Source of the DNA: Sodalis sp. (in: enterobacteria)
GTDB taxonomy: Bacteria > Pseudomonadota > Gammaproteobacteria > Enterobacterales > Enterobacteriaceae
Assembly (NCBI RefSeq): GCF_047607725.1
Contig: NZ_JBLKSS010000008.1
Location: forward strand, 1-50,625
Direction: 5' to 3'
Length of the DNA: 50,625 nucleotides
In this document: in pieces, positions 9,434 through 21,078 of the stretch
How positions within the stretch are numbered: the first letter of the stretch is position 1
Layout of the letters: every line of letters begins with the position of its first letter
The notes under the pieces: generated by a model
Told to the model about the DNA's origin: nothing
Database searches by the model: none
Seen by the model: only the letters and a program-made list of their open reading frames with translations
Program-made: the position numbers and the translations under genes

Positions 9434-10823
9434 AAAAGTATTTACCCCGCGCCCTTATCAGGCGCGGATGGTGACACATATTCTCACGCATCCACGCTGC
9501 AATATCTGGGCAGGCATGGGTATGGGCAAAACCGTCGCGACATTAACGGCGCTGGACACTTTATTCAAATCGGGCAGCGAAACGCGACCGGCTCTGGTAC
9601 TGGCCCCACTGCGCGTCGCGACATCCACCTGGCCGGATGAAGCGCTTAAATGGACGCATCTGCGTGGTCTTGAGGTGCAACCCATCACAGGCACGCCAAA
9701 ACAGCGGCAGGCGGCGCTGGCGAACAGCAACGCCAACTACGAAAACGTGCTGTGGCTGGTTGAAACGCTGCGCGGGCGCTGGCCATTCGGCAACGTTATC
9801 GCTGACGGGAGCACCCGTCTTAAGTCTTTCCGGCTGAACTCCGGTGGAAAGCGTGCGGCGGCGTTGGCGAAGATCGCACATAAATTCGTTGACCGCTGGG
9901 TCAATCTGACCGGCACGCCCGCCCCTAACGGCTTAATCGACTTGTGGGGGCCGGTGTGGTTCGTTGACCAAGGTAAAGCACTGATGAAAAACTTCGGTTC
10001 GTTTGAAAGCCGCTGGTTCAGGAAGCTACAGTTCCCCGGCCAGCCGTTCTCAAAGCTGATACCACTGGAGTACGCGCAAGAGGAGATACACGAAGCACTG
10101 GCCGAGTTCACGCTATCGCTCAACCCTGCCGACTGGTTCGACATCGACCAGCACATTCACAACACCATTAACGTCACCCTGCCGTCAAAAGCCCGCAAGC
10201 AGTACGAGGAGATGGAGCAAAAAATGTTCCTCGAACTGGAAGATACCGGTATCGAAGCGCCCAACGCTGCCGCCCGCACGATGAAGTGCCTGCAACTTGC
10301 CAGTGGCGCTGTGTATACCGACGACAACGGCGAGTGGCTGAGCGTGCACGATGAAGAGCTCAAGGCACTGGAGAGCATCATCAGCGAATCCGGCGGTACG
10401 ACCGTGCTGGTCGCCTATCACTATCACTGGAAGCACGACCTTGAGCATCTGCTTAACGCCTTTCCCGATGGCTGTCATCTGGATGCCAACCCCCAGACCA
10501 TCAGCGACTGGAACGCCGGACGGATACCGCTACTGTTCGCCCACCCTGCCAGCGCCGGGCACGGGCTGAACCTTCAGGACGGCGGTAATGTCCTGGTGTT
10601 TTTCTCCCACTGGTGGGGCCTTGAGCAGTACCAGCAGATTATCGAGCGCATCGGCCCTACCCGGCAGGCACAGGCCGGGCACCCGCGCCCGGTATTCATT
10701 CACCACATTGTCGCCACCGATACCGTCGATGAACTGGTCATGGAGCGGCGCGACTCGAAGCGCAAGGTGCAGGACATTTTATTAGAGGCGATGAAGCGGA
10801 AAAAGAAGAGAGGTTTGAAATGA
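9423..10823 (+). CDS. phage-type SNF2/DEAD-like helicase
   Basis: 466 aa. Motif I is AGMGMGKT, Ia is LVLAPLRVA, III is LTGTPAPNG, and the C-terminal block is PASAGHGLNLQDGG...QQIIERIGPTRQ. Motif II reads DGS instead of DES. Confidence 0.75.
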   Translation: MSARKVFTPRPYQARMVTHILTHPRCNIWAGMGMGKTVATLTALDTLFKSGSETRPALVLAPLRVATSTWPDEALKWTHLRGLEVQPITGTPKQRQAALANSNANYENVLWLVETLRGRWPFGNVIADGSTRLKSFRLNSGGKRAAALAKIAHKFVDRWVNLTGTPAPNGLIDLWGPVWFVDQGKALMKNFGSFESRWFRKLQFPGQPFSKLIPLEYAQEEIHEALAEFTLSLNPADWFDIDQHIHNTINVTLPSKARKQYEEMEQKMFLELEDTGIEAPNAAARTMKCLQLASGAVYTDDNGEWLSVHDEELKALESIISESGGTTVLVAYHYHWKHDLEHLLNAFPDGCHLDANPQTISDWNAGRIPLLFAHPASAGHGLNLQDGGNVLVFFSHWWGLEQYQQIIERIGPTRQAQAGHPRPVFIHHIVATDTVDELVMERRDSKRKVQDILLEAMKRKKKRGLK

Positions 10824-11020
10824 TTGAGCAACCCGACAATCTGCTCACCCCGGACGAAGTATGCCGAAAGCTAGGTATCACGCAGAAAACATTATGTGAA
10901 TGGAATATAAAGCACCGTCATCGCGCTGTACTAGTGCCCATACGTTTCAGCGCGAAAGTGGTTCGCTATGAGCGCCGTAACGTCGACGCTTTTATTCAGA
11001 AATACCGCAGTCAATATTAA
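10820..11020 (+). CDS. excisionase/AlpA-like helix-turn-helix protein
   Basis: 66 aa with LLTPDEVCRKLGITQKTLCEWN, typical of the excisionase-family HTH. It shows ATGA overlap with the helicase stop, and its own stop overlaps the integrase stop. Confidence 0.6.
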   Translation: MIEQPDNLLTPDEVCRKLGITQKTLCEWNIKHRHRAVLVPIRFSAKVVRYERRNVDAFIQKYRSQY

Positions 11021-12414
11021 CCTCGTCTCCTGAGCAGTGCAATTTGCGCGAGTATGCTCCGTTCGTGGGCCTCGAATGCTTCACGCTTTAGCACGATCTC
11101 TTCCTGTAATATCTCATCTGAAAAATCGTAGTGCTTTGCCATAGGGTCATCGGACTTACTGGAGTGGTGAAGGCACAGGAGGCTTATTTCCCTTCGCTCT
11201 GATCGGGAATAGCCTCTCTCCTTCATCAAGGCGATAATATTACTCTTTAAGAATTTGCGGCACATAGTATTAAACGCCCCTTCTTTCCCCTTAATTGTCC
11301 CGTCATGCCTCATACCTTTAACAGCACCTTCAGGGCTGTATGTTTTCACCAATTTATCCAGCGATCTTTTTGAAAAGGGCTGCATTGGGTCACGTGGCTG
11401 CAGGAATACGAAATCTTTATTGCACTCGGGAACTGAATCTCGCCAAGATTTCTGCTCGCCGATAATATGCCGGAGCTCTGGTGTTATCGGCAAGCGGAAG
11501 GCCTTTTGTGTTTTCATGGCCCCACACATGCCGATAACTCCTTCTGGATAAACAATCTCGCCAGATTCCTCATAAACGTAGTCCCAGCGCAGGTTATGAA
11601 CGTTTATCGGACGAACGCCTGTGATGATTATGAAGCGAACTGCATTCTTTTGGTGTATCGAGGTACACGCGGCCACATTACACCAGAGCTGGGCAATTGA
11701 TTCGATGTCTGTAAAAAGCCGTGTAGAGGTTGGCTTCTGAACACGTGAGGAAACATAATCATCGGGCAGACTGGCAGCTACATTGCGGCCATTGCAAAGC
11801 TTCGGGGCGCAGAATTTCCAGAACCTGCGAAGCTCGGCGAACAGCTCAAGTGCGTTATTGTTCGAGCGGGTAGCGATCCATTTGTCCAGCACATCCACCA
11901 GTCGGTTGTATGTCACATCGCTGAATACTTCGCACTCGTCGAACGTCGCCTTAATCCGGTCGATGCGTACTCCGTAGGTAGTAAGACTGTCGGAGCTAAG
12001 TTTCTGCCTAGATACTTTGGCTTTAAGGTCATCCCGGTACATTTCCAGCGCAGCATGAACAGACTCGGCGCGCAAACCACCCTCCGCCATTCCTAACACT
12101 TTTTCGCGCGCCAGCTGGATTGCGAGCTCTGGCCATTCGCCGAGCTTTTTACCTTTGAGCCCCATCTTTTTTGGGAACTCGGCATAAAATGTAGCCTTAC
12201 CCGCTTTACTGAAATCGATGCGGAGATAGTTCTCTTTTTCGTATTTGGATCGGCGGACTACACCGCAGGCTGTGAGGATGATTTTTGCAGCAGCAACACA
12301 GATTTTCATGTGTGCACTGGTATAGGGCGGCTTACAGGCGTCCCACTTTTCAGATGCGGCTAAAACATCGTCATTATTAGGGCTATCCGGTTTATGTGTT
12401 ACAGTGCGTGGCAT
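11017..12414 (-). CDS. tyrosine recombinase/integrase (P4-like, divergent)
   Basis: 465 aa from ATG 12414. Contains the N-terminal arm-type segment (FYAEF...KLGEWPELAIQLAREK), box I (ITGVRPINVHNLRW), MKTQKAFRLPITPEL, and LCLHH...AKHYDF (His and Tyr). A canonical HxxR is not evident. Confidence 0.7.
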   Translation of the reverse strand: MPRTVTHKPDSPNNDDVLAASEKWDACKPPYTSAHMKICVAAAKIILTACGVVRRSKYEKENYLRIDFSKAGKATFYAEFPKKMGLKGKKLGEWPELAIQLAREKVLGMAEGGLRAESVHAALEMYRDDLKAKVSRQKLSSDSLTTYGVRIDRIKATFDECEVFSDVTYNRLVDVLDKWIATRSNNNALELFAELRRFWKFCAPKLCNGRNVAASLPDDYVSSRVQKPTSTRLFTDIESIAQLWCNVAACTSIHQKNAVRFIIITGVRPINVHNLRWDYVYEESGEIVYPEGVIGMCGAMKTQKAFRLPITPELRHIIGEQKSWRDSVPECNKDFVFLQPRDPMQPFSKRSLDKLVKTYSPEGAVKGMRHDGTIKGKEGAFNTMCRKFLKSNIIALMKERGYSRSERREISLLCLHHSSKSDDPMAKHYDFSDEILQEEIVLKREAFEAHERSILAQIALLRRRG

Positions 12415-12628
12415 TCTCAATCCTTATCTGCTAAGGCGCAGAAAACAGGCTCACACATGCAGGTTTTTTCGACGGGACAAAATGCAATGTGTTGCGGTTT
12501 TGTGTTACGGAATTGAGTTTATTAGCGTTAAATACACTGGATAAACACACAGTAAGTTAATAATGGTGAATAATACAAAATCGCCATAAATTATTGATTT
12601 TAAATTGTTATCATGGTAATGCGTTGAA

Positions 12629-12889
12629 ATGACTTTACTTATTACTAAGCGCTGCATCAACTGCGATATGTGCGAACCGGAGTGCCCGAACGAGGCCATC
12701 AGTATGGGCGCGGAGTATTATCAAATCGATGCCGACCGCTGTACGGAGTGTATCGGTCACTATGATCGCCCCACCTGCCAGCAGGTATGCCCTATCGACC
12801 ACACGATTATTGCCGATCCTCAGCGTGTGGAAAATAGCGATGCGCTGTGGGAAAAGTTTGTGCTGCACCACCACGCCGATAGGCTTTAG
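12629..12889 (+). CDS. yfhL: 4Fe-4S dicluster ferredoxin YfhL
   Basis: 86 aa starting MTLLITKRCINCDMCEPECPNEAISMG, with the second cluster motif CTECIGHYDRPTCQQVCP. Same length as E. coli YfhL. Confidence 0.9.
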   Translation: MTLLITKRCINCDMCEPECPNEAISMGAEYYQIDADRCTECIGHYDRPTCQQVCPIDHTIIADPQRVENSDALWEKFVLHHHADRL

Positions 12890-12913
12890 CCCGATGACCA
12901 CAGCCGCGCGGCG

Positions 12914-13294
12914 TCAGCGTTCAAAAATGACCGTCGCGCAAGTGTAATGCCGCTCATCGGCCAACGTGACGTATATGCCGGTAACGCCTAATCGGCTGGC
13001 CAGTTCCGCCGCCTGGGCAAACAACCGTAATGAAGGTTTACCCAGCGCATCATTGCAGGCCTCAAACTGCGCAAAAGCCAGCCCGTCACGAATACCGGTG
13101 CCAAGCGCCTTAGACGCCGCCTCTTTTACCGCGAAACGTTTGGCGAGGAAGCGTACTGGCTGATTGTGCTGCTGATATTGCAACCATTCAGCGGGACTGA
13201 GGATCCGGCGCGCAAGCCGATCGCCGCTGCGGGAAACGACCGCCTCAATACGTCCAATCTCGACGATATCGGTACCTATACCGACAATCGCCAT
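12914..13294 (-). CDS. acpS: holo-ACP synthase
   Basis: 126 aa starting [17 protein letters not shown]. Located in the pdxJ-acpS context. Confidence 0.95.
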   Translation of the reverse strand: MAIVGIGTDIVEIGRIEAVVSRSGDRLARRILSPAEWLQYQQHNQPVRFLAKRFAVKEAASKALGTGIRDGLAFAQFEACNDALGKPSLRLFAQAAELASRLGVTGIYVTLADERHYTCATVIFER

Positions 13295-14025
13295 CAGCCG
13301 CGCGCTTCACGCATCAGGCGTTTCATGTCTCTTACCGCTTCCGCCAGGCCGCCAATCACGGCGCGGCTGATAATCGCGTGGCCGATATTCAGCTCCTGCA
13401 TAGGTGCCAGCGCGGCCATGGGCTTGACATTATGATAATCAAGACCATGGCCGGCATTGACCTTGAGGCCCAGCGTCGTGGCGTACTGCGCGCCCTGGCT
13501 GATGCGGGCGAACTCCGCGGCGCGCGATGTCTCATCGGCCGCGTCGGCATAGGCGCCGGTATGGATTTCAATGTAGGGCGCGCCCACCTCCGCCGCTGCC
13601 GCGATCTGACGCTCATCGGCATCGATAAACAGCGAGACCTGGATCCCGGCATCGCTCAAACGGGCCACGGCCTGACGCAGTTTGTCGCGCTGGCCGGCCA
13701 CATCCAGCCCGCCTTCGGTGGTGACTTCCTGGCGCTTTTCCGGCACCAGGCAACAAAAGTGCGGCGACAAGGAGCAGGCAATAGCCACCATCTCCTCCGT
13801 CACCGCCATTTCCAGATTCATTCGGGTCTGAATCGTCTTGCGCAGCAGATGGACATCCCGATCGGTGATATGCCGGCGATCTTCACGCAGATGCACGGTA
13901 ATGCCGTCGGCCCCCGCTTGCTCGGCGATAAAAGCCGCTTGAACTGGATCCGGCCAGGCCGTCCCGCGCGCATTGCGTAACGTTGCAATATGATCGATAT
14001 TCACGCCCAGCAGCAATTCAGACAT
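13294..14025 (-). CDS. pdxJ: pyridoxine 5'-phosphate synthase
   Basis: 243 aa starting [21 protein letters not shown]. Same length as E. coli PdxJ. Confidence 0.95.
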   Translation of the reverse strand: MSELLLGVNIDHIATLRNARGTAWPDPVQAAFIAEQAGADGITVHLREDRRHITDRDVHLLRKTIQTRMNLEMAVTEEMVAIACSLSPHFCCLVPEKRQEVTTEGGLDVAGQRDKLRQAVARLSDAGIQVSLFIDADERQIAAAAEVGAPYIEIHTGAYADAADETSRAAEFARISQGAQYATTLGLKVNAGHGLDYHNVKPMAALAPMQELNIGHAIISRAVIGGLAEAVRDMKRLMREARG

Positions 14026-14090
14026 CCCCTTCCCCTGACTGTTGTCGATACTGTGTCGCAGTGTAAACCAGCGTGGTGGCGCAGGCCAGT

Positions 14091-14846
14091 TTATTGCTCA
14101 CCCGCTTCACCGGCTGGCCCCGGCGGACCTGCATCGCGCGCCGCCGCATCGCCGGCGCCGGCCGGGCGCCGGTCGAGAAACTGGCGAAACAGTTCGCGGC
14201 TCTTTAGCGGTTTGCCGCCCAGATAGGGTTTCAGCGCCATACGGGTGAACCGCTTGGCCGCGCGCAGCGTGTCAACGTCGGGAAACTCGCGCCCGCTGAA
14301 GCTATAGCGATCCAAGAGGACGCTGGCGATAAAGCCTTTCTCCTCCCGGTAACGATAGGTCATGGCGTCGTCGACCGGCTCGCCGGAGCCGGCGCAATGC
14401 AGGAAATTGACGCCGTAACCCAGATGCGTCAGCAACGCCAGTTCAAAACGGCGCAGCGCCGGCTCCGGCGAACCGGTGGCACCCGCCAGCCATTGCAGAC
14501 ACTGGAGGTAATCGTAAAACAGCGTGGAGTAATCGGTTTCATGGGCGAGCACGCGCGACAGCAGCTCGTTAATATAGAGTCCGCTATACAGCATTAGCCC
14601 GGTTAGCGGCAGGCCCAGCGAGACGGGTTCGGCGCTACGCAGGGTCTTTATCTCGCCGCGGCCGCCCCAGCGAGCCAGCAACGGCGTAAACGGCTGCAGC
14701 GCGCCTTTAAGCGCGGAGCGGCGCGAACGCGCGCCCTTGGCCAGAACGCGCACCTGTCCTTGATGCTCAGTGAAAAAGTCCTGAAGCAGCCTGGTTTCGC
14801 TGTAGGGGCGTGCATGCAGCACGAAAGCGCGTTGCCAACCTTCCAT
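14091..14846 (-). CDS. recO: DNA repair protein RecO
   Basis: 251 aa starting [21 protein letters not shown]. Located in the era-recO-pdxJ context. Confidence 0.9.
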   Translation of the reverse strand: MEGWQRAFVLHARPYSETRLLQDFFTEHQGQVRVLAKGARSRRSALKGALQPFTPLLARWGGRGEIKTLRSAEPVSLGLPLTGLMLYSGLYINELLSRVLAHETDYSTLFYDYLQCLQWLAGATGSPEPALRRFELALLTHLGYGVNFLHCAGSGEPVDDAMTYRYREEKGFIASVLLDRYSFSGREFPDVDTLRAAKRFTRMALKPYLGGKPLKSRELFRQFLDRRPAGAGDAAARDAGPPGPAGEAGEQ

Positions 14847-14912
14847 CGGCGCTCCTAGAGGTCGTCGACATAGCCCAGGCTGCGCAGGGCACGTTCATCA
14901 TCGGCCCAGCCC

Positions 14913-16441
<1,529 letters not shown>

Positions 16442-16615
16442 TTACCAATAACTCAACCATGCGTGAAAAACCGCAGTTGACGGAACAGGCCTGGGAACGA
16501 CACGCCTGTCCAAAACTGTTTCGTTTGCAGTGGCTCCCGCGAAGGGAGCCCGCCTTTCCTAACCTGAGAGGTATTCTACATCGGTAAGCGAAATAATGCT
16601 TCGCTAAAAAAGGAA

Positions 16616-17605
16616 TTAATGAATGCCGCCAATACGACTTAAGCGTACGCCGGTCGGCCATTGGCCTTCCAGCTTATCGAAGCTCATCCAAATCGCCGTC
16701 GCTTTACCCACCAGATTTCTTTCCGGCACGAATCCCCAATAACGGCTGTCGGCGCTGTTATCACGGTTATCGCCCATCATGAAATACTCTCCCTGCGGCA
16801 CCACCCACTCTGCCAGTGAACTGCCCGGCTGCTGATAGTAAATGCCCAGTTGATCCTGCTGTCCCGGCACCGTCAGCACATTGTGCACCACCCCACCCAA
16901 CGACTCTTTGCGCTGCGCCAGGCGAATGCCGCCGTCCACCTGCCTATCGGGCGGGACCTGCAGAAAACCGCTACTGGCTTCGCCGTTGCCGGTCGAGTTG
17001 AAGGTCTGTACAAAATCGCTTGGGGCGAATTCGCTATAAGTAATGGGCAACGCCGTGGCGCAGTCCTGCCCGCTGGCGCAGCCAGACTGCACCGTCACGC
17101 GTTTGTTGACCGGATCATAGCTGACCCGGTCGCCCGGCAACCCCACGACCCGTTTAATATAGTCCAGGCTAGGATCGGGCGGGTATTTGAAAACCACTAC
17201 ATCACCGCGTTTGGGATGGCCGGTTTCAATGAGCGTCGTCTGGGTGATCGGGTCTTTAATGCCATAAGCAAACTTTTCCACCAGAATGAAATCACCGACC
17301 AACAGCGTCGGCATCATTGATCCCGAGGGAATTTGAAACGGCTCGAAAATAAATGAGCGCCCCACAAACACCAATAACAGTACCGGGAAAATGGACGCGC
17401 AGGTCTCGATCCAACCAGGTTTATGGCTGACCTTCACGGCGACGTCATTCCCGGCCGGCACTCCGGCGGCGTCAGCACGCTGCTGGCCGGGTTGCTGCGC
17501 CAGCCGGCGGCGGCGCGCAGGCGCCAGTTTAAAACGTTCCAGACACCAGAGGATCCCGGTGATAAGCGTCGCGATTGCCAGAATCAGGGCAAACATATTG
17601 GCCAT
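16616..17605 (-). CDS. lepB: signal peptidase I
   Basis: 329 aa starting MANMFALILAIATLITGILW, with the SGSMMPTL catalytic Ser box. Confidence 0.95.
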   Translation of the reverse strand: MANMFALILAIATLITGILWCLERFKLAPARRRRLAQQPGQQRADAAGVPAGNDVAVKVSHKPGWIETCASIFPVLLLVFVGRSFIFEPFQIPSGSMMPTLLVGDFILVEKFAYGIKDPITQTTLIETGHPKRGDVVVFKYPPDPSLDYIKRVVGLPGDRVSYDPVNKRVTVQSGCASGQDCATALPITYSEFAPSDFVQTFNSTGNGEASSGFLQVPPDRQVDGGIRLAQRKESLGGVVHNVLTVPGQQDQLGIYYQQPGSSLAEWVVPQGEYFMMGDNRDNSADSRYWGFVPERNLVGKATAIWMSFDKLEGQWPTGVRLSRIGGIH

Positions 17606-17620
17606 GCCATCTCCTCAAAC

Positions 17621-19420
17621 TTATTTGCTGTCTTTACCCACATGCAGAATCGCCAGGAACGCTTCCTGCGGTAGCTCAACGTTACCCACCTGCTTCATGA
17701 GCTTTTTACCTTCTTTCTGCTTTTGCAGCAGCTTTTTCTTACGGCTGACGTCGCCGCCATAGCACTTCGCCAGGACGTTCTTGCGCAACTGCTTGACGGT
17801 GGAACGGGCGATAATATGGTTGCCGATGGCCGCCTGAATGGCGATATCAAACTGCTGACGCGGGATCAGTTCCTGAAGTTTATCGACAAACTCGCGGCCG
17901 CGATACGGCGCGTTCTCGCGATGGGTAATCAACGCCAGCGCATCGACCCGCTCACCGTTAATCAACACATCCACCCGCACCATGTCCGAGTTCTGAAAAC
18001 GCTTGAACCCATAATCCAGCGAGGCATAGCCGCGCGAGGAGGATTTCAGCCGATCAAAGAAATCCAGCACCACTTCGGCCATGGGAATTTCATAGGTCAG
18101 CGCCACCTGATTGCCGTGATAAACCATATTGGTCTGCACGCCGCGCTTTTCGATACACAGAGTGATGACATTACCCAAATAAGCCTGCGGCAGCAGCATA
18201 TGACATTCGGCGACAGGCTCGCGCAGTTCGGCGATATTATTTAGCGGCGGCAGCTTGGACGGGCTGTCCACATATACCGTGTTGTTGTCGGTGGTCAGCA
18301 CCTCATAAATAACCGTCGGGGCGGTCGTGATAAGGTCAAGATCATATTCCCGTTCCAGCCGTTCCTGGATGATTTCCATATGCAGCAGGCCGAAAAAGCC
18401 GCAGCGGAAGCCAAAACCCAACGCGGTAGAGCTTTCGGGCTCGTAAAACAGCGAGGCATCGTTCAGGCTGAGCTTGCCGAGGGCGTCGCGAAACGCCTCG
18501 TAGTCGTAGGAACTCACCGGGAACAGGCCGGCATACACCTGCGGCTTCACTTTTTTAAAGCCCGGCAGTACTTTATCCGCCGGCTGGCGCGCAAGCGTGA
18601 GCGTATCGCCTACCGGCGCGCCGTGAATATCTTTAATGGCGCAGACCAGCCAGCCGACCTCGCCGCAGTTCAGCACTTCGCGGTCGATACGTTTGGGAGT
18701 GAAAATACCCAGCCGGTCCGCGTTGTAGAGTTGACCGCTACTCATTACCTTAATTTTGTCGCCTTTGCGCAGCGTGCCGTTTTTGATGCGCACCAGCGAT
18801 ACCACGCCTAGATAATTATCAAACCAGGAGTCGATAATCAGCGCCTGCAGCGGTGCGGCGGGATCGCCCTCCGGCGGCGGAATATCGCGCACCAGCCGTT
18901 CGAGCACATCTGAGACACCGACGCCGGTCTTCGCCGAACAGCGCACCGCGTCGGTGGCGTCAATGCCGACGATATCTTCGATTTCCTGCGCGACGCGATC
19001 GGGATCGGCGGTGGGCAGGTCGATTTTGTTCAGCACCGGCACCACTTCTAAATCCATTTCCATCACGGTATAGCAGTTGGCCAACGTTTGGGCCTCTACC
19101 CCTTGCCCGGCATCCACCACCAGCAGCGCCCCTTCGCACGCCGCCAGCGAACGGGAGACTTCATAGGAAAAATCCACATGCCCTGGGGTATCGATGAAAT
19201 TTAGCTGATAAATCTGACCGTCAGGCGCCTTATAATCCAGCGTTACGCTTTGCGCCTTAATGGTGATGCCGCGCTCACGCTCCAGGTCCATGGAGTCCAG
19301 CACCTGGGCCGCCATTTCACGCTCGCTCAGGCCGCCGCAGGTCTGGATTAAGCGATCGGATAGCGTCGATTTGCCGTGGTCGATGTGGGCAATAATGGAG
19401 AAGTTGCGTATGTTCTTCAT
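17621..19420 (-). CDS. lepA: elongation factor 4
   Basis: 599 aa starting [20 protein letters not shown]. Same length as E. coli LepA. Confidence 0.95.
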   Translation of the reverse strand: MKNIRNFSIIAHIDHGKSTLSDRLIQTCGGLSEREMAAQVLDSMDLERERGITIKAQSVTLDYKAPDGQIYQLNFIDTPGHVDFSYEVSRSLAACEGALLVVDAGQGVEAQTLANCYTVMEMDLEVVPVLNKIDLPTADPDRVAQEIEDIVGIDATDAVRCSAKTGVGVSDVLERLVRDIPPPEGDPAAPLQALIIDSWFDNYLGVVSLVRIKNGTLRKGDKIKVMSSGQLYNADRLGIFTPKRIDREVLNCGEVGWLVCAIKDIHGAPVGDTLTLARQPADKVLPGFKKVKPQVYAGLFPVSSYDYEAFRDALGKLSLNDASLFYEPESSTALGFGFRCGFFGLLHMEIIQERLEREYDLDLITTAPTVIYEVLTTDNNTVYVDSPSKLPPLNNIAELREPVAECHMLLPQAYLGNVITLCIEKRGVQTNMVYHGNQVALTYEIPMAEVVLDFFDRLKSSSRGYASLDYGFKRFQNSDMVRVDVLINGERVDALALITHRENAPYRGREFVDKLQELIPRQQFDIAIQAAIGNHIIARSTVKQLRKNVLAKCYGGDVSRKKKLLQKQKEGKKLMKQVGNVELPQEAFLAILHVGKDSK

Positions 19421-19678
19421 CTTAATAAAGTTTTCTCTTAAACAGGCGCTCTATGTCGGTCCGGTGGTCGCCCTGCGGGGAACGTGGCCCCGATGGCCCA
19501 CAAAATGATGGACGCATCTTACACTGTCTGGGGGAAGCAAGGAAGAATGGCGGGGACATACATTGCCGGGATCCGCCCCCTGATTTGGCGTCGCGGCAAA
19601 AGGGCGCGGTCAATCTGTAGCCGTGAGGCGCGTAATAGGCGGCGATGCAAAACGCGGCACGCCGGGCGCGCGCCGGCG

Positions 19679-20125
19679 TCAATCCCGGACATGCAGAGAC
19701 GAAGGCGGCAGCGCCACCTGCAGAATCACCAACTGATTATTGTGCGTTTCACGCGTATGACGCGCCAGATAACGCGCGCAAAGAAAGCCCGCCACGCCGC
19801 CGCACGCGGCTGCCGGATCGGTACCCAGCGTGCCCTGCAGGATAGCCGCGCCGCCGATAAGCCCCAGTAGCGGCAGCATGTACACCAGAAATGCGGAGCG
19901 CAGCAGACTGCCTTCAGTGATGCCGACTTCGACGCGCTGTCCCGGCACCAGCGGCAGCGCGCTGGCCACCTCTAAATGATGCTGCGTTTCGGGCGCGATT
20001 TTATTCAGAATGCGGGTACCGCAGGATTGCTTGGCGTGGCAGCTGCCGCAGCCCGCGCGCTGTTCGCAGCGCAATTGCGCAACGCCATGCTGCCAAGTAA
20101 CGACGGTGGCCCATTCTCTCATCAT
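19679..20125 (-). CDS. rseC: sigma-E regulatory protein RseC
   Basis: 148 aa starting MMREWATVV, with a Cys-rich N-terminus. Shows ATGA overlap with rseB. Confidence 0.85.
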   Translation of the reverse strand: MMREWATVVTWQHGVAQLRCEQRAGCGSCHAKQSCGTRILNKIAPETQHHLEVASALPLVPGQRVEVGITEGSLLRSAFLVYMLPLLGLIGGAAILQGTLGTDPAAACGGVAGFLCARYLARHTRETHNNQLVILQVALPPSSLHVRD

Positions 20126-21078
20126 GGCTGAGCCTTAAATACAACGGCGTCGGCGATGCGTTTCGCGGTGGCCGGGGGCAGTTCGCCCACCACGGTGATT
20201 TCCCGGCTGCCGCGCTGTTCGGTATGAATGGTGCGCCGCCCGGTGCGGATCAGGCGCTCCCCATTGCCGGTGGTCGCCTGGCCGACGTTGACGGAGAAGC
20301 TGAATAATCCATCGGTGTACAGCCTGGCCTCAATCGGTTCATTGATGCCCGGCAGCGTACGCCGGCTGCGGGAGGCTTCGGTCACGCCCGCCGGCAACCA
20401 GTTAACGCGCCAGTCAAAATCCGCGGTCGTGGACGCCGGCAACGCCAATTGGGGCGGCAGGGTGACCTTTTCCAAACCGGCCATCGTGTTTTCGACCTGT
20501 CTATCGGCGTTGAACGCGATAACGCGGAACTGTTCCAGCGCTTCGCCATCGCGATCCAGCAGATCGACGCGCAGCGGCAATTTGGTCGTGGTATCAATCC
20601 AGACGATGTAGCTAAATCGGGTGCCGTCGCGGGCGACGACCCGCACAACCTCGCACAGGCGATCGGCGATGCGGGCGCGGCCTACGGAAATAAAATCGTA
20701 GAAGTGCGCTAAGCGCTCGAAATTCGTGTAGACAATAGAGGGAAGAGAATCAACGATATGATCGCCAAGCAGGGTAAACGGCTCCAGCCCAGGCTCAAAA
20801 TAACTGATTTCACCGTTGCGCTGGACTATCTCGTGGCGTGGGCCGTCCATTTGCAGCAGCTGCGCCAGCCGTTGCTTATCGATAACCACATGGCGATAGC
20901 GCAGCGAGTCGACGCCCAGCTTGCTGACCAGCACGTAGGCATATTCATAGTCCAACGTCTGGCTGGCCTGACTCATTTGCGCGAGCAACGCACCGGATGC
21001 GGTGGTCTGAGCCGGAGCGTGGATGGAATAGAGCAGGCTGCCCGTCAACAAACACACGGCATACCAAATTTGCTTCAT
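20122..21078 (-). CDS. rseB: sigma-E regulatory protein RseB
   Basis: 318 aa with a signal peptide, located in the rpoE-rseABC order. Confidence 0.9.
   Translation of the reverse strand: MKQIWYAVCLLTGSLLYSIHAPAQTTASGALLAQMSQASQTLDYEYAYVLVSKLGVDSLRYRHVVIDKQRLAQLLQMDGPRHEIVQRNGEISYFEPGLEPFTLLGDHIVDSLPSIVYTNFERLAHFYDFISVGRARIADRLCEVVRVVARDGTRFSYIVWIDTTTKLPLRVDLLDRDGEALEQFRVIAFNADRQVENTMAGLEKVTLPPQLALPASTTADFDWRVNWLPAGVTEASRSRRTLPGINEPIEARLYTDGLFSFSVNVGQATTGNGERLIRTGRRTIHTEQRGSREITVVGELPPATAKRIADAVVFKAQP

Larger units (their letters stand above)
8906..12628. mobile_element. Degraded integrative element (prophage or satellite remnant). Contents: truncated ORF, two small ORFs, SNF2 helicase, excisionase-like HTH, tyrosine integrase.
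   Basis: The segment is AT-richer than its flanks and lies between two non-adjacent E. coli synteny blocks. It has tightly overlapping phage-style gene starts. I found no tRNA or att repeats, so the boundaries are approximate. Confidence 0.65.

Noticed and set aside
12505-12699. A 64-aa minus-strand ORF overlapping the yfhL start.
   Set aside because: It is AT-rich promoter DNA plus the antisense of the conserved yfhL. It has no features.
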